NCBI RefSeq assembly: GCF_018977255.1 | Contig: NW_024704743.1 | Location: 113,586,001 to 113,650,000, forward strand | Direction of reading: 5' to 3' | DNA from: Callorhinchus milii | Lineage: Eukaryota | DNA length: 64,000 nucleotides | Part shown: positions 10,815 to 24,819 of the stretch, piece by piece | Layout of the letters: the number at the start of each line of letters is the position of its first letter | How positions within the stretch are numbered: the stretch's first letter is position 1 | Program-made: the position numbers and the translations under genes | Notes under the pieces: model-generated | Databases searched by the model: none | What the model saw: only the letters and a program-made list of their open reading frames with translations | Told to the model about the DNA's origin: nothing

Positions 10815-11075
10815 TGGAGATTAAAAGAGAATTTAGCAGAAACTACATCACACTGAGGGTAGTGCGTTTGTGGAACTCACTGCTTGAAGCATGATTGAAT
10901 CGGATAGTGTAGATGCATTCAAGAGAAAGATAGACCTTCGCTTGAGGAAGAGGGGGATAGAAGGGTATGGGATTTAGTAAGGATAAGTGAAGACTCCTGT
11001 GGAATATAAATACCGGCACAAACTGGTTGAGCTGAGTGGCCTGTTTCCATGCTGTACATTCTTTGTTAATCTTTG
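10815..11075 (+). mobile_element. CR1 LINE 3' end
   Basis: tggaactcactgc, gcattcaagagaaagatagac and gctgagtggcctgtttccatgctgta motifs. Confidence 0.75.
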
Positions 11076-12399
11076 TAAATTTACCCTGAATTTCAAACTA
11101 ATTGGCTCCTCATCTCATTATTTGATGTTACTGTTGTAGATTAGCTGCCACATTTGCCTACATGACAATATTCACTATATTCTGTGAAGTGCTTTCAGAC
11201 GTCTCAAAGATGTGATAATAATAATAATCCTTGCATTTGATAAAGCGCCTTATTGCATCTTCTAATTTGATGTATGTCAAATGCAAGGTTTATTATTATT
11301 ACCTTGAGCTTTTTTGTTTTTACATAGAAATATACTTTACATATAAATGTTAAGTTGTTATCACATTCATGTAAGGAATAAGAGTTTCACTTGTAACAGA
11401 CTACAAAAACAACTTTTGTTTAACTGTGTTTTACTTTTTTTTGAAAGATTAGAAATAATCATTTATAGTTTTAATTGTGCTTTTTAATATATCAATGTAT
11501 TTAGATAATTGTATTTGTCTAACTGGTTTAATATTATTATGAAGCAGACTGCATAGATTTTGTTTCTTTAGGTGTGTGTAGAGATTTGTATATCAGCAGT
11601 GAAACTAATTTGCTGTCAGACGCTGGGGCCTTCTGGAAGTCGGGCAGGCTCCAGAAATTAATTTATCCAAATAACCAGCCCTTTACAGGCCAACTGAACG
11701 GGGACACCAAAATGGCCTAAGTAGGCAAAGCCCTCTTTTGAAGTCTGGAATGTTTTGACTGACTTAAAACAGGCGGCAGGAATGAAAGGATAATTTTCAG
11801 TGATCCTTCGGATTTTTCACAATTTTCAAATATTGGGTATAAAACAAAAAAAATTAGAAAGATTTAGCTGTAGGGAAGACACGCAGACTGAACATTAACA
11901 ATTATAAGGACAGATACGAAAAATATTTCTTAACTTTCCACTGTTTGAACAGTCAACCCACCTACACGGAACTAGACTCAGTAGAAATGTGAAAAAAACA
12001 ATTGACATACTTCATTGTATTGTAAACCATTGTTTTAGATTTTACAACAGCATTTTTATGTCAACTAAAAACAGTATCAATTTCTCTATTCTAGAGATCG
12101 AAATTGAAATAGAATTATTTATTTTTATACATTTGTTTGCAAAATATATTAGTGTTGAGTTATAAATTATCCTTATTCTCTTAAATTGTTTCTGCTTCTA
12201 TTTATAACAATTGTTTATATACTCGCATGAAATACAAGCATCCAGTCTATTTAAAATGTGCTTATTTTTTTGTAAAATGTGTAATTCTTTTTGAAAACTC
12301 AAATGTTAATGCATTTTAAACTGTTCATGGTGTTAAACACCTCTTAGTTTATGCTAATGACACCCATTTTTGTTTTCCCTCTGGATTTCATCAAACTAT

Positions 12400-12797
12400 T
12401 CCTTTGAGGATAGTCACTAGTTGGCCATTTGATATGTGACAAATGCAAGTTTGAGCCCTCACTAAGTGGATAGCAGGTTATGAGAACTCACTGCAAACTT
12501 CCTGGTGAGCAGCACATCTCAGCTTGAAATGAGCAAGAACATTGTCATCATCCTCTTGCTCACAGCTCAGTCACACATTCCCTACCCATTAAGTGAATGT
12601 CCTTCTGTTTGGAAATGCAGAGCTTCTACCTTAGCTGCATAACAACATAAGTAAATACCAAGCTCTGGGTATATGAGTGTACGTTAATGAACCTGACTAC
12701 CAGGTGACTTCTTTCAGCAGCTGTAATCCATGCCTCAGAATTTTCTCATTAACTATTTGATGGACATCTGCCTTCAATGTGGTGGAAGGACCTTTAC
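12400..12797. repeat. Unclassified interspersed repeat (segment B, longer copy)
   Basis: Collinear with 28150-28530 and 8215-8352. Confidence 0.7.
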
Positions 12798-13108
12798 AAT
12801 AATAATAATAATAATCCTTGCATTTGATATTGCGCTTTTCACGTCTTCTAGACGTACCAAAGCGCTTCACAGAACATACTGTAAAGTGAATTGACTGTAT
12901 ATTTGTGGGCGAACGCGGCAGCCAATTGCGCACAGCAATGTCCCACAAACAGTCATGGATTGAAAATGACCAATATATTATTGTCTTGTTTTTTTGGAGG
13001 GATTATTATTAGGCGTGTGGAGTAAGGAAACTTGCCCAAGGTTTCGCCCTGCCTGGAATTTAACTCAGGTCTCTCACTTGCAAAGCGAGTGCTCTAACCA
13101 CTGAGCTA
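12798..13108 (-). mobile_element. Full-length tRNA-derived SINE, short subfamily
   Basis: Complete reverse-complement copy from (AAT)n tail to tRNA-like head (gctctaaccactgagcta). Confidence 0.95.
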
Positions 13109-13539
13109 GAGTAATATACTAATCTTTGCATATGATAAGATCCTATTCGGATCGGGAAGATGTGTCAAAGCACTTTGCAGGTTTTATGATCTGCATTTGA
13201 TATTTACTGTTGAATGTAGTGACTGCGTTTTGTCAGTGAATACAGAGCAGTTTGTGATTTGCCAGCCAATTTGATGTACTGGATGTCTGATTCCATTTCT
13301 GTGTGCTGGCCGTAATCAATACCAAATCCAAATTCTCATGTGAGAAGCCTTAGTAAAGAGTCATGCCCATTGCCAGCTGCTTTTAGATCAAAAACTCTCC
13401 CTGAGCTTTTTTTTAAGATTGCACTTTATCATTCACTTTAGGTGGAAACATTATTGAGATGATGCAACACTAGTATCTTGGTTTGTGAAAAATGCCTGGA
13501 AAGACAACTTTTTATTTCCTAAGTTCTTCCAATATGAAA

Positions 13540-13830
13540 TAAGAACTTGCATTTTATAGTTCCTTATAACAATGAAACGTCTTCTGGCAACTCACAGTAA
13601 TTTAGCTGTCTATTTGAAAGCAAAAGCCACAGCCATTTGTGCTAGCACAGTCCCACAAACAATCATGAGATGAATTATGAATTAATCTGAAGGAAGGTTG
13701 ACCTGGGAGAAACAATCTCCTATTTTCCATTAGTAACTTGGAATCTTTAAAGTTTACTTGAACAGATACAAGGCACCTCAGATTAACATCGTAAGATAAT
13801 GCAGTGCTCCCCCCAGTACTGCATTGGAAA
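13540..13830 (-). mobile_element. Old Deu-domain SINE (SacSINE1-like), decayed
   Basis: aacttgcattttatag tail, gtcccacaaacaatcatgaga and gataatgcagtgctcccccagtactgcattgga motifs. Confidence 0.6.
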
Positions 13831-13992
13831 CAACAACATAATCACTACTTTTTTTTATCTCTCAGATTGTCTTTCTTAGATTGAAAGGAAGTTTAAGTTT
13901 CTTGATGTGCTTGCTGCACTGTCAAAGTTAGTTTGGGGCTTTGATGCTCTGGATGGTACAGTCCCAAAGTCTATTGCAATACAGTGTTTTAA

Positions 13993-14153
13993 TATAATAA
14001 TAATAATAATAATCCTTATATTTGATATAGCGCTTTTCACATCTTCTAGATGTCTCAAAGCACTTCACAGAATATACTGTAAAGTGAATTGACTGTATAT
14101 TTGTAGATGAAATTCGGGAGTCAATTGCGCACAGCAGTGTCCCACAAACAGTC
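13993..14153 (-). mobile_element. 5'-truncated SINE
   Basis: (AAT)n tail and the reverse-complement family body. Confidence 0.88.
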
Positions 14154-15454
14154 GTTTTAGGAGTCGGAGCACATCATAAGACTAAGCAGAACAGAAGAGT
14201 AAGACCAAAAGCAATGAGATTTACAGAATTTGCCAGGTAATAGTTGCTACTAGTAATATTAATAAATCTGGTAAGAAATTGCAAAACCAGCCACAGTAGC
14301 CGTTAGATATTCCTCTATTAGTAGCAATCAAGAATATAGAGATGAAATTTACCATTCTCATTGCACTAATTTAAGTCAAAAAGACCTGGAATATAAACAT
14401 TATTGAGACTGCTTAATTTAATAAATGGTAGTTTTGGACAATTCATCACATCAGGAAAGATATTCTTTGAGGTTAGCGGACATGAGGTAAATTGACATGG
14501 GGATCAAGGCTGTTCTCATGCATAAAATAATAGGAATATTTTAATAAAGAGAAAGCAGCCAGAGGTATGAGGTTGGGTTGTTATCGAGCCAGTTTTCCAT
14601 TTGCAGAGTTGTTGGGTTTTTTTCAAATTAAGGGCAAAACATGGGCCAGGAAGTTGAGGTACCAGAGAAGAGTTTGATGATTGGTCCATCATGATCTCCA
14701 AACTAACTGAAACGCCAGAGGGTGAAGTCTGCTGATTGAATGTTGCACAAAATTGAATGGAACAAATGGAAGCAGGGTCAGCCAGGAAGCAGGCAGAGGC
14801 AAGATCATCAGAAGCTGAGGAAAAGAGGAAGATTGTACAAAACAAGGGGGATCCAGATAAGTCTCAGAGAACAGAACTGACCAGAAAAGAGTTTGAAAAA
14901 GTCATGCAAATATACCAGAAGCACAGTCAGAAAGTTGGTTCAATTATATTTAACCAGCAACTTGCTGCTTTATAACATACATTAACCAAACCAATTTATA
15001 ATGTTTAATCAGTATTTAATTACTTAATGAAGGCATTAAATATCAACTATGTATCTGTAAATTTTTAACATAGTGATTGGCATTATTCTCCAGGTGCCAG
15101 TAAATTTAAAGCATTTCAACAATATTGAACAAGGATAGTTCCAAAAAATAGCAGTGTAAATGGAGCTCACACTAGCAAAAGCAGATGCATAGGTAAAGTT
15201 CATTTCCTGCAGAGAGCCCTGTATATATCAAACCAATTTGTGAGAACTCAGCTCTGACCCAAAATCACCTTGGCTGCAATTCTCGTGAGGCGATGTACTT
15301 GGGGTTTCCTGGAGGAGCTGCACTTTGTCCCTGAAGTAAGTTATGGTACCCTGTGAACCAAGGTATCATTTTTGCTGTAATTTTCCCGCTGAGTGCTTTA
15401 TCTCTACACTTAATAATGTTAACAGCTTATATCAGCAAAGTGATTCACATCATC

Positions 15455-16630
15455 GAATTATAGAATCATACAGCACAAAAAGAGGCCATTCGGCCCATCG
15501 AGTCTGTGCCGGCTCTTTGAAAAGAGCAATGTAATGTCAATCCCACTCCCCAGTCCTTTCCCCATAACCCTGCAGACCCGTCCTCCTCAAATACCCGTCC
15601 ACCGCATCGGCCTCGACCACACTTTCAGGGAATGCGTTCCAGATTCGAACAACTCGCTGCGTGAAAAATTTATTTTAGACACTATTTTGAATCTGTGACC
15701 TCGAGTCACCGACACACCCACCAGTGGAAACAGATTTTCCCTTTCTAACCTATCAAATCCCCTCATGATTTTGAAGACCTCTATTAGGTCTCCTCGTAAC
15801 CTTCTCTGCTCCAATGAGAATAATCCCAGCCTCTCTAGCTTTCCTCATAATCAAGGTCCCTCATTCCTGGTACCATTCTTGTAAATCTCCTCTGCACCCT
15901 TTCCAATACCTTAACATCCTTCCTATAGTGTGGTGCCCAGAACTGGGCACAGTATTCTAACTGAGGCCTAACCAGTGTTTTATATAGGTTAATCATAACC
16001 TCCTGACTCTTATACTCAATGCCCCTAATTATAAAGCCTGGTATCCCATATGCCCTTTTTACAGCTTTACTTACCTGTCCAGCCACCTTCAATGATTCAT
16101 TTACCTGAACTCCCAGGTCTCTCTGTTCTTTTACCCCCCTTAAGATTGTATTACCAGCCTATATTGCCTCCCCTCATTCTTTCTACCAAAAATGCATTAC
16201 CTCGTATTTCTCCACATTGAAATTCAACTGCCATGTGTCTGCCCATTTTGCCATTCTGTCTATGTCTTCCTGCAGTTGGCTACTATCCTTCTCACAGTTT
16301 ACCACCCTACCTAACCTTGTGTCATACGCAAATTTGGAAATGGTACTTGCTATACCCAAGTCCAGATCATGGTCCTAATACTGATCCCTGGGGGATGCCA
16401 CTGTACACTTCCCTCCAGTCAGAAAAGCAGCCGTTCACCACAACTCTACTTTTCATCTCCCAGCCAGTTCTGGATCCATGCTGCCACTGTTCCTTTTATA
16501 CCATGGGCTTCTATCTTTCTTACAAGTCTTTCATGTGGCACTTTGTCAAATGCCTTTTGAAAGTCCATATAAACTACATCAACTGCACTACCTTTATCCC
16601 CCTCCTCCGTTACATCATCAAAAAATTCCA
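15455..16630 (-). mobile_element. CR1 LINE, 5'-truncated (RT domain to 3' end)
   Basis: Minus-strand ORFs: VDVVYMDFQKAFDKVPH, LYKTLVRPQLEYCAQFWAPH, RRLRGDLIEVFKI, TRGHRFKI. Confidence 0.95.
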
Positions 16631-17609
16631 TTATTCTAATGGGTTTTAACCATCAGTATTTTCTTCACAATCCAGTCAAGTCTGATTCAGTTATTTAAAT
16701 TAATCATTATCTCCATTGTTTCTTTAAATACCTTCCTCATTATTTTAATCTTAATCATTATTTAAATCCAAAGGTATTCCAATTTTTAAATATGTATATT
16801 GCTAATTTATTTTCTATGGACGTTGACTTGAACTTGATCCTTTATCTTCACCCAGCCACCAACCAATTCATGTGATTGGTTTTCTTTTTCTTTTCATAAA
16901 AATGGCATAAGTACAATTCAAACTATATGCACTCAAGAGCTGTGTTATACCCTAAATAGGTATTATTGGAATCCTCATACAATTGACACTCTCTGCTGAT
17001 TGACCTGGATTCTTGCCTTCACATCTCTTTACCTGCTCAAAGTCAATTTCCCATGGATATGTTCAGCATCTTAGGATTTTCTCCCTTTCACTCCATCACA
17101 GAATACGTTTGACTTCGGCCCATGTTTCCATCCTAATCTCTTATATTTGGAAAATAAAGATCCAGTTTTTTAAAATTACATATTATCCGTCATTTTGTCA
17201 GTTTAAATGAGTATTTTTATAGTTCAAAAGTAGGGAACATTTTGAGGGAAAAAATACTATCAAATTTGGCATGTATATGTACAGATGAGATACTTTTTGG
17301 GTGAAAGGAAAGCCTCACTGGAAGAGTTCAGACCTTTTATTTGAGTCGGTTTATAACAATTATTGAGTGATTTCTACACTAAACAGTGGTTCTTTGTGCT
17401 GTTTATTGTTATGGCTGCTCATGTTATACCTACTTTAATTCGCTTGCATTTATGCCATGTGTATTTATTGACACCTTGTTGACACCTAGCACTATATACA
17501 ATGTACACATGTTCAGATCAAAACGTGATCACTATTACACACTTGATTTGTAATATTTGTACTATTATCTCTTTTGAGAGGGCTCTGTGTCTATTCCCAG
17601 GAACAGTCC

Positions 17610-17924
17610 TGGAGTCCTATAGCTCAGTGGTTAGAGCACTTGGCTTGCAAGCGAGACACCTGGGTTCAATTCCTGGCAGGGCAAAACCTTGGGCAAGTTT
17701 CCTTACTCCACACGCCTAATAATAAACCCAAAAAAAAAAAATTGGTCATTTTCAATCCACAACTGTTTATGGGACACTGCTGTGCGCAATTGGCTGCCAC
17801 GTTTCGCCCACAAATATACGGTCAATTCACTTTACAGTCTATTTCTGTGAAGCGCTTTGAGACGTCAAGAAGACGTAAAAAGCGCGATATCAAATGCAAG
17901 GATTATTATTATTTATTATTATTA
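17610..17924 (+). mobile_element. Full-length tRNA-derived SINE, short subfamily
   Basis: TAGCTCAGTGG A box, GGTTCAATTCC B box, family body and (TTA)n tail. Confidence 0.95.
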
Positions 17925-18317
17925 TAACAGATAACAGCCACCTAAAACTCCTTGCACAAGTAGTCGATCAAATGCATAGTATTGTTTGAGTTCCGAGGCA
18001 CTGCCCCACATGAAGCTCGCTATATAAATGCAAGTTGTTGTCATTTTTGTATTGTTATATAGAAAAGAACGGTGTTCTTCAGATTTCTCTTGTCCTGAAG
18101 ACATAATAATGTTTGGGTTATAAATTTGTGTCATTGCAAGGTAAGTTACTCACAACAACGGCCCTATCTCAAAGCAACAACCACAGCAGAAAACATGCCA
18201 TTTGAAGGCAAACTAGCTACACCATGATATTTTAAGATTCTCTATCGGCTCCTGATAAGAGATGGAATTGAAATGGCATGACTTGTCCTTTTTGTCATGT
18301 GATCCATACCTAAAAGT

Positions 18318-18795
18318 GGGAGAGGACACGGGCTGCAGAGTTCTGGATTATCTGCAGCCTGTGAAGGGAGGAGTTGGGAAGGCCGACAAGCAGGGTGTTT
18401 GCATAGTCGAGCCTGGAGGTGATGAAGGCATGAACAAGAGTTTCAGCGGCTTGAGGGGTGAGGTAGTGGCAGAGTCGGGCGATGTTACGGAGGTGAGGGA
18501 AGGCAGAGCGGGTCATGGCTTGGATGTGGGGAAGAAAAGACAGTTGAGAGTCGGACAAGACACCTAGGTTCCTGACTGGCTTGGTGAGTTGTAGTGTGCA
18601 ACCATAGAGGTTGATGTTGCCAGAGCCTGAGGTGCTGAGGCGCTGGCGCGAGCCAATCATGAGGGCCTCAGTCTTGTTCACATTCAACTGTAGGAAATTT
18701 GCCCTCATCCAAGACTTGATGTCCAACAGGCAGTCTGTCAGGACAATAGTGGTCCTGGAGTTGAGGGTGGAGGCAAAGATAAAGTTGGGTGTCAA
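18318..18795 (-). mobile_element. L2 LINE ORF2 fragment
   Basis: The 161-aa minus ORF contains WMRANFLQLNVNKTE, VRNLGV and VHAFITSRLDYAN. Confidence 0.93.
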
Positions 18796-21059
18796 CTACT
18801 GCTATACCTGCAAATAGATTTACATGAATTGTACAGTACAGAACAGGACATTTGGATTAATTAATCTATGACAGACTTTATACTCCACATGCATTTCTAC
18901 ATACCACTGCCTGGCTCCACCATGAATGGTGATGCAGGAAAGCAACAGGCGATGTTACCTTCACCTGACAGCCCATGCCAGTATAAGGTAGCATCAATTC
19001 CAACAATAATTGCTTCCACTGACTTAATTGAATGCCATGGTCTGTTGAACACTGTACTGTTGTGTTTTTTTGCTTTGTTCTTTTTATAATCTTTTGCATT
19101 GTGTATTTTTTAAAAAAGGTATTTCATTAATTATATTACAAAATACTGAATTGCAAGACATTTAAGAAACCATATAGTGCCACAATCTTTTTCCATGTTT
19201 TCTCATGTTATTTCAATATGTAGCTGGCAAATACATGTGTTTGTCTTGGTCTGGAAGGAATTATTTGCTGCATTATTTTTGCTTTTAGTTGATGATTGAC
19301 ATGGTTATTCTTTATTTGTAAATGTCAATTCATCTTGTACCATTTTTAATAAAGAAGCAATTGTTTGTATTTATTGTCTTATAAAGGCCAATGCACTTAT
19401 AACATAAAAGCTCATAAATATTAAATATGATAATATTTTCTGATTGCTTTAATAAAGTATTTTCAATTGAATAAAGGCATGTGTAATTACATATTTGTGT
19501 TAATCAGTATAACATTTCTAAGGCTTTTGTTAAAGTACTTTTTTGAGGCCTCAGTTTGTAAACATTTTTTTTTAAAAGTTACCTTTAATCTCATCTTTAT
19601 GGCAGAAAGTTCGCCAGGTTGAGTTAAGTGGAACCAGGAAGAATAAATGGTCAAGCAAATTGCCTTTATTACTGAAAAAAGCTATTGTGTACACTTAGGA
19701 AACTCACTTAATTATTACACAAATATAAATACACAAAACACATTGTTGATTGTTTGTAATACTCAGATGGAACTTCTGATAACATCCTCATCTTATTTTT
19801 TAACACCGGATTATGTTTTATATTTGAAATGCCTCAAAATATGATGACTGGATTCAAATTTAGTGGTGTGTTTGATCCTATGGGACAGAGAATACTGATA
19901 ATTAAAGTCTAATATTTTCTTTAAAAAAAGTCTAATAAGTCACAAAGGCAGGTTGATTGAATATAGAACTTTTGTAGTATACTCACAAGGAGTTCAGATG
20001 GAGCAAAGCAAAATCAAAACCACCTGAAGAGAACAGGGTCAGCGACAGTGCAAAGACCTTAAACTGTTTCCTACAGAAGCTTAATTGACCACAGGTTAAA
20101 GTTATTGCATCTAGAGTTTTAGAATTTGTAGCTCTTTTAGTGGTTCTAGGGTTATGAATTTGTTTAAGTTATCTATAAATTCTGTATAAATATCTCTACA
20201 TGAACAGTTTAAGTAGGAATATATTATCCTGCTTTTTAATTTTAATATTAAGGCTGTTTTAAAAATGCTAGGTTTGATGGTTTTTAGTACTGTTTACTAA
20301 TAATGTGAATTAAATTAAAAATGTGAACAAAATTCCTTTGTTACTTTCCCTTCAATGAATAAGTATAGTTGGCATACACTGGCTAGATGACATCTGTATT
20401 TAAGTATTCAATCTATTGTCATGTAGGGCATTGGAGGAGTTATACTGGAACATTGACTGCATTATTGACTTGTAATCCTTAGTAAGAAAAAGATGTCAAA
20501 ACAATCTAGGTGGCCTGAGTGAACACCGAGTACTCAGACCACAGTGATAGGGAATAGCTGGCTAAGATCTTTTTACACAGATACTATGTATGCATACAAT
20601 AGGATAACTTAAAGTGTTAGTGTATCTCTTCACCAGGTTCCTATGTGGTAGATAACCCCAGTTCTATAAATGGTTTAAATATTGATTGCTGATATGATAT
20701 CCTAAGCATACAATGTTTTTACTGACATTTAACTGTAAAAAATATGAAAGTCCATTAAATTAATTTCCACACCATTGGGCTACCAAATTTCCTGCTGTAA
20801 CAAGAGATATTTATTCTTGACTTTACAAGATCATAAGATTGGTCTGGAATGAGAAAGCCCTTCAGCTCATCTGATCTCATTCCTCCAGAACACACACCCT
20901 GCCACACATACCCCCATCAATGCTTCAAGTTGCTTTTTAAATGAGTCCACTTAATTACAGAACAATACTTGATGCTAGTGGAAGATCTTCTCTGACATCA
21001 AGCTTGGCTGTGCATTCTTCTTTCCCACAGAAACTGACAACATTTCTTGTATTCGGCCT

Positions 21060-21270
21060 TCAATAAGTCCAGGGTGGCTGCTCTGTCATCAGCAGTGCCC
21101 TGGAGTAATGTGGCCCTGCCTGGCTCATCAATCAGACTACCACAGAGTCACAGAGGGCTGATTTGATTCTGACATGCCGTTGCCAAGCGCGTCATCTTGC
21201 AAGCATGCCAGTTCAGCTCCAAGGGGACCCCACTTAATTCTCCCTCCCCCAAGGAGGATAGTCACTGTGG
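21060..21270. repeat. Unclassified interspersed repeat (segment A)
   Basis: gtcatcagcagtgccc…ccagttcagctccaagg…ggatagtca is shared with 22740-23012 and 27900-28150. Confidence 0.72.
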
Positions 21271-21429
21271 AATTGAGGTATGTGAGTGGCCAGCAATCTG
21301 GACGTCTTTGTGTAGCATCTCTTCGCTGTTTCTTAAATGAGTTCAGTGTGATGACTTCTATCATCGTTCATGATGACCTATTTAGGTATTAATTGTCCGC
21401 TGTAATGAAGCACTCTGTAACAAAAGGAA

Positions 21430-21630
21430 TTTCTCCTGGTGTCCTGGTCAACAATGCCCAAATAAAATTGCCACTCACTGCATGTCTGTTTGTGAGCTAT
21501 TTCTGTGGCAAATTGGCTGCTGTGTTCTCCCACAAAATACACACAGTCACATCACTTTACAGTATCCTGCGAAGTGCTTTGAGACATCTCAAGGACACGA
21601 TCAGGCACTATATCAAATACAAGGATTATG
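21430..21630 (+). mobile_element. Old Deu-domain SINE, 3' part
   Basis: ctcctggtgtcctggtcaaca, aaattggctgctgtgtt and the shared tail. Confidence 0.7.
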
Positions 21631-22739
21631 GTTAGGATTTCTTGATACGTATCGTAAAACTGCTCTTTGCATCCCTGAACCTGAGTCCTCTTGTTCTACT
21701 GTCTTAGCATATCAGAAAACATTTTTCTAGGCTTATTTTCTAAATCCCATTTAAAGTCATGTATCCATGTAACGTCCCGACTGACACATTCCTTTTCAAG
21801 TCTGAAGAGGTTATCTGTTCATTCTTAATAATCTAGCCCTATAACATTTATAATCATTGATTTCCTCTTCATTGCCTTTAGGGCTTGGGCATGTCTCTTA
21901 TATCTTAGGCAGTGAGCAGAACTATAAGAGATACTCCAGTTGTAACCTAATCAGAAAACGGCATAACTTGAACATGATTTCCAGGCATCTGAACTCAAAT
22001 GATTGGCAATGTAATCCAGCATCCTGTTTGTTTTGTTTATTGCTGTAGGTTTTTTTTAGACATCATAAGCAACTACCCAAATAACACCTCTAGGACTCCT
22101 CCAGCTTCTCTCTTGGCAGGTTCTATCCCATCCACAAGAGTATTTCAGCCGGCTGCCTGACATACATGTGAAACAATCACTGTGCTTAAGAGTATCCAAA
22201 CCAAACAGAGTTCCAGGCAACCCACTTATGTATGAAAATTCCAGCGATACAGTAAACTCCTGATAACTCAACCCTGGTTTAACTTGTCACTACCATTTAA
22301 GTCGGCATGCTATCAATATCCTGGTCGCTTCCCATGCAAAACGTTAATAAGGAACTCAGCTTGACATTCTGCTTAATGCATAATTTATCCTATTCTAGAA
22401 ATTCTTGTGAGTGCTTACAATGTAAAATTGATCGGATAACTTGGCCTATAAGATAATGTCTTGCATTGAATCTATTGGAAGCCATGGTGTGACCCTTCAA
22501 TAGACGAGAGGCCTCTGTGATGTATCCTAGCATGCACTCCCAATCTCTGTTGAGTGCCCACACCAGTCACAGTGCCCCCTTGTGGCATAGGAGGATCTAT
22601 GCCTAACGTCACACCAGATAACTCGTCACTGAGCTCTTTTCCCTTGGAAGGACGAGTTATCTGGAGTTTACCGTATTTATTGGAATGGAATATAAATTCT
22701 CTCTCTGGAAGGACATATCCTACTTACTTAATGTTGGAG

Positions 22740-23012
22740 AGTATGAGCGCCAGGTTTCAAAGAGTCCCTGCGGCAGTGACTGGTCTGGCCTTCCAAGTCC
22801 TGCCAATGAGCCACCTTGACTGGACTGTCATCAGCAGTGCCCCAGAGTATTGCAGATCCGCCTGGCTCAGAAACTGGACTACCAAAACTGCCACAGAGCG
22901 TTGACTTGATTCTGGTATTCCGCTGCCAAACATGTCACTTTGGAGCCAGTTCAGCTCCAAGGAGACCCAATTTCCCTTCCCTTCTCCCCCCCTCGCACAC
23001 CCCCAGAGGATA
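22740..23012. repeat. Unclassified interspersed repeat (segment A)
   Basis: Collinear with 21060-21270. Confidence 0.72.
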
Positions 23013-24204
23013 AGTACACAGAATCATCTGAAATAAATCCATAGGGTACATATGCCTTCTATTTTTACTTACTGTATGCAATACCTTGCATTGATCTGCA
23101 GTGAACTTCATTTGCCAGTGATCATCAGTCCAGGTGGATATTCTGTCTAGCTTTGTTTGTAAGATATTGACTGCCTCCTCTGGTTTCACAGTTCTCTCTA
23201 ACTTGTAAAGAGATTTGGAGCTATAGGAAGTATAGTTTGCCCTGGAATACTTTAGCTTCTAATGAAAGGAAGTATTGTGTATGTGTAAACAGATAACAGA
23301 GCATTTGACTGATAAATATCTTGCTTGAAATGTCAGGATGGAAGTATTCAATGATTTGCTGGTTGTTTTATTCTTGCCTTTTCTTACAGTTTTGATGAGT
23401 GGGTTTTTGTCACAAACCCCATGTCCTACCTAAGCGATCATGAGTGTCCGTTGTTAAAAAAGCAGTTGTCAAAATAGCAATCCAATGAAGATTGTTATTT
23501 TTAGTTATTGCTCTCGGCTAGACAGCATATTTCCACCTCCAGCAGAAAGTAGTGGTACCCTTCTTTCTCTCTTATCCACCTCATTTATGTAAGTCAAATT
23601 TGGAATGGTACTTGTACTACGTGACGCTTTTGAAACATTGAGTTTCTGTATCAATATAATTAAACCCCATCACTTTTGACAATTATTTCTCTCTTATGGA
23701 GCTAAATCTCCAGGGAAAGCCATTACTAAATAGCACTTGGCAAAATGGATGGTCAATTATCTTACAAATAGGAAACCATCTGGTTTTGTGAAGAGGCAAT
23801 CTAATCTTTAAAAAGTTATATGAGACAAGTTGACTGGTTCTTCTCCACTTTCCTTAATTAGTTTATTAAAAATCCAGTTATAACCAAAGGATAATCAATT
23901 TTAGGTCCTAAATATATGAAATAACTCCAAGTAGAAAGAGATACAATCTGTCTAGTTGTTTGAACCACTAGCTGGTCATGAGGACAAAGCTTAAGTAGTT
24001 TAATAGCTTTAACTAAACCATAAGAATTGTTACTGCCTTCAACACTCCGATGTGTTACAACAATTTACTTTTATATATCGCCTTTCACATAAAAGAACAT
24101 CTAAGATGCATTTCATATAATAAGAAAAAATTGAAGTGGAGTGAATGTTATGTAGCAAATAATAAAATAATAATAGCAAATAGTAAATAAATGCAGACAA
24201 AGTA

Positions 24205-24592
24205 TCAAACTAGCTTAGTTGGTAGCATTCTCACCTCTGATTTAGAAGGTTGTGAGTTTAAGCTACACATCAGGGCTTTGAACTCATTTGCTGACGCTCC
24301 AATTCAGTGCTGTGAATGTGTTGCAATGTTGGAGATGTGGAATGTAACTTTAAGCCATGTTTCTGTCTGCCTGTTCAGGTGTACATTAAGAATTTCATGG
24401 CGCTATATAAAAAAAGGGAGTTTCTTCTCGTGTCCTGGCCAACAATCCTCCAGATAAAAAAAGCACTTCATGAGAGTTTATGGGATTTGCTGTTCTCAAA
24501 TTGGCAGACACCTTGGCCTTCAAAATACAGGCACTGTACTTTACAATCCCATGAAGTGTTTGGAGGCTTCCTCCCAACATGAAAGGTGCTAT
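24205..24592 (+). mobile_element. Near full-length old Deu-domain SINE (SacSINE1/LmeSINE1-like)
   Basis: Different tRNA-like head (tagcttagttggtagcattctcacctctga), Deu motifs (gtctgcctgttcaggtg, gtgtcctggccaaca) and an L2-type tail. Confidence 0.75.
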
Positions 24593-24819
24593 TTTTGTGT
24601 GGGGGGAGGGTGAATTTGGATGAAAGAAAAAATATTACATCTTTTGGGTTTTTTGTCTGTAGGATTGACTTGGTAGATGGGAGACTCCTGCAATCACATT
24701 GTGTAATTTGTCAAGCAATGATATACAACATGATTTGACAAGTGATTATAGTGATTGATACAGAGGAATATCTGACATGCTGGAATTAATGCTTTTTAGG
24801 CAGGGTTTTAATGCTACGT

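Noticed and set aside
12697..12948. Recurring short ORFs with WDIAVRNWLPRSPTNIQSIHF or poly-I/poly-Y ends
   Set aside because: These are translations of SINE bodies and (TTA)n tails, not a gene family.
14757..14975. 72-aa charged, coiled-coil-like ORF
   Set aside because: No convincing splice sites and no recognisable homology. It is probably a purine-rich transposon remnant.
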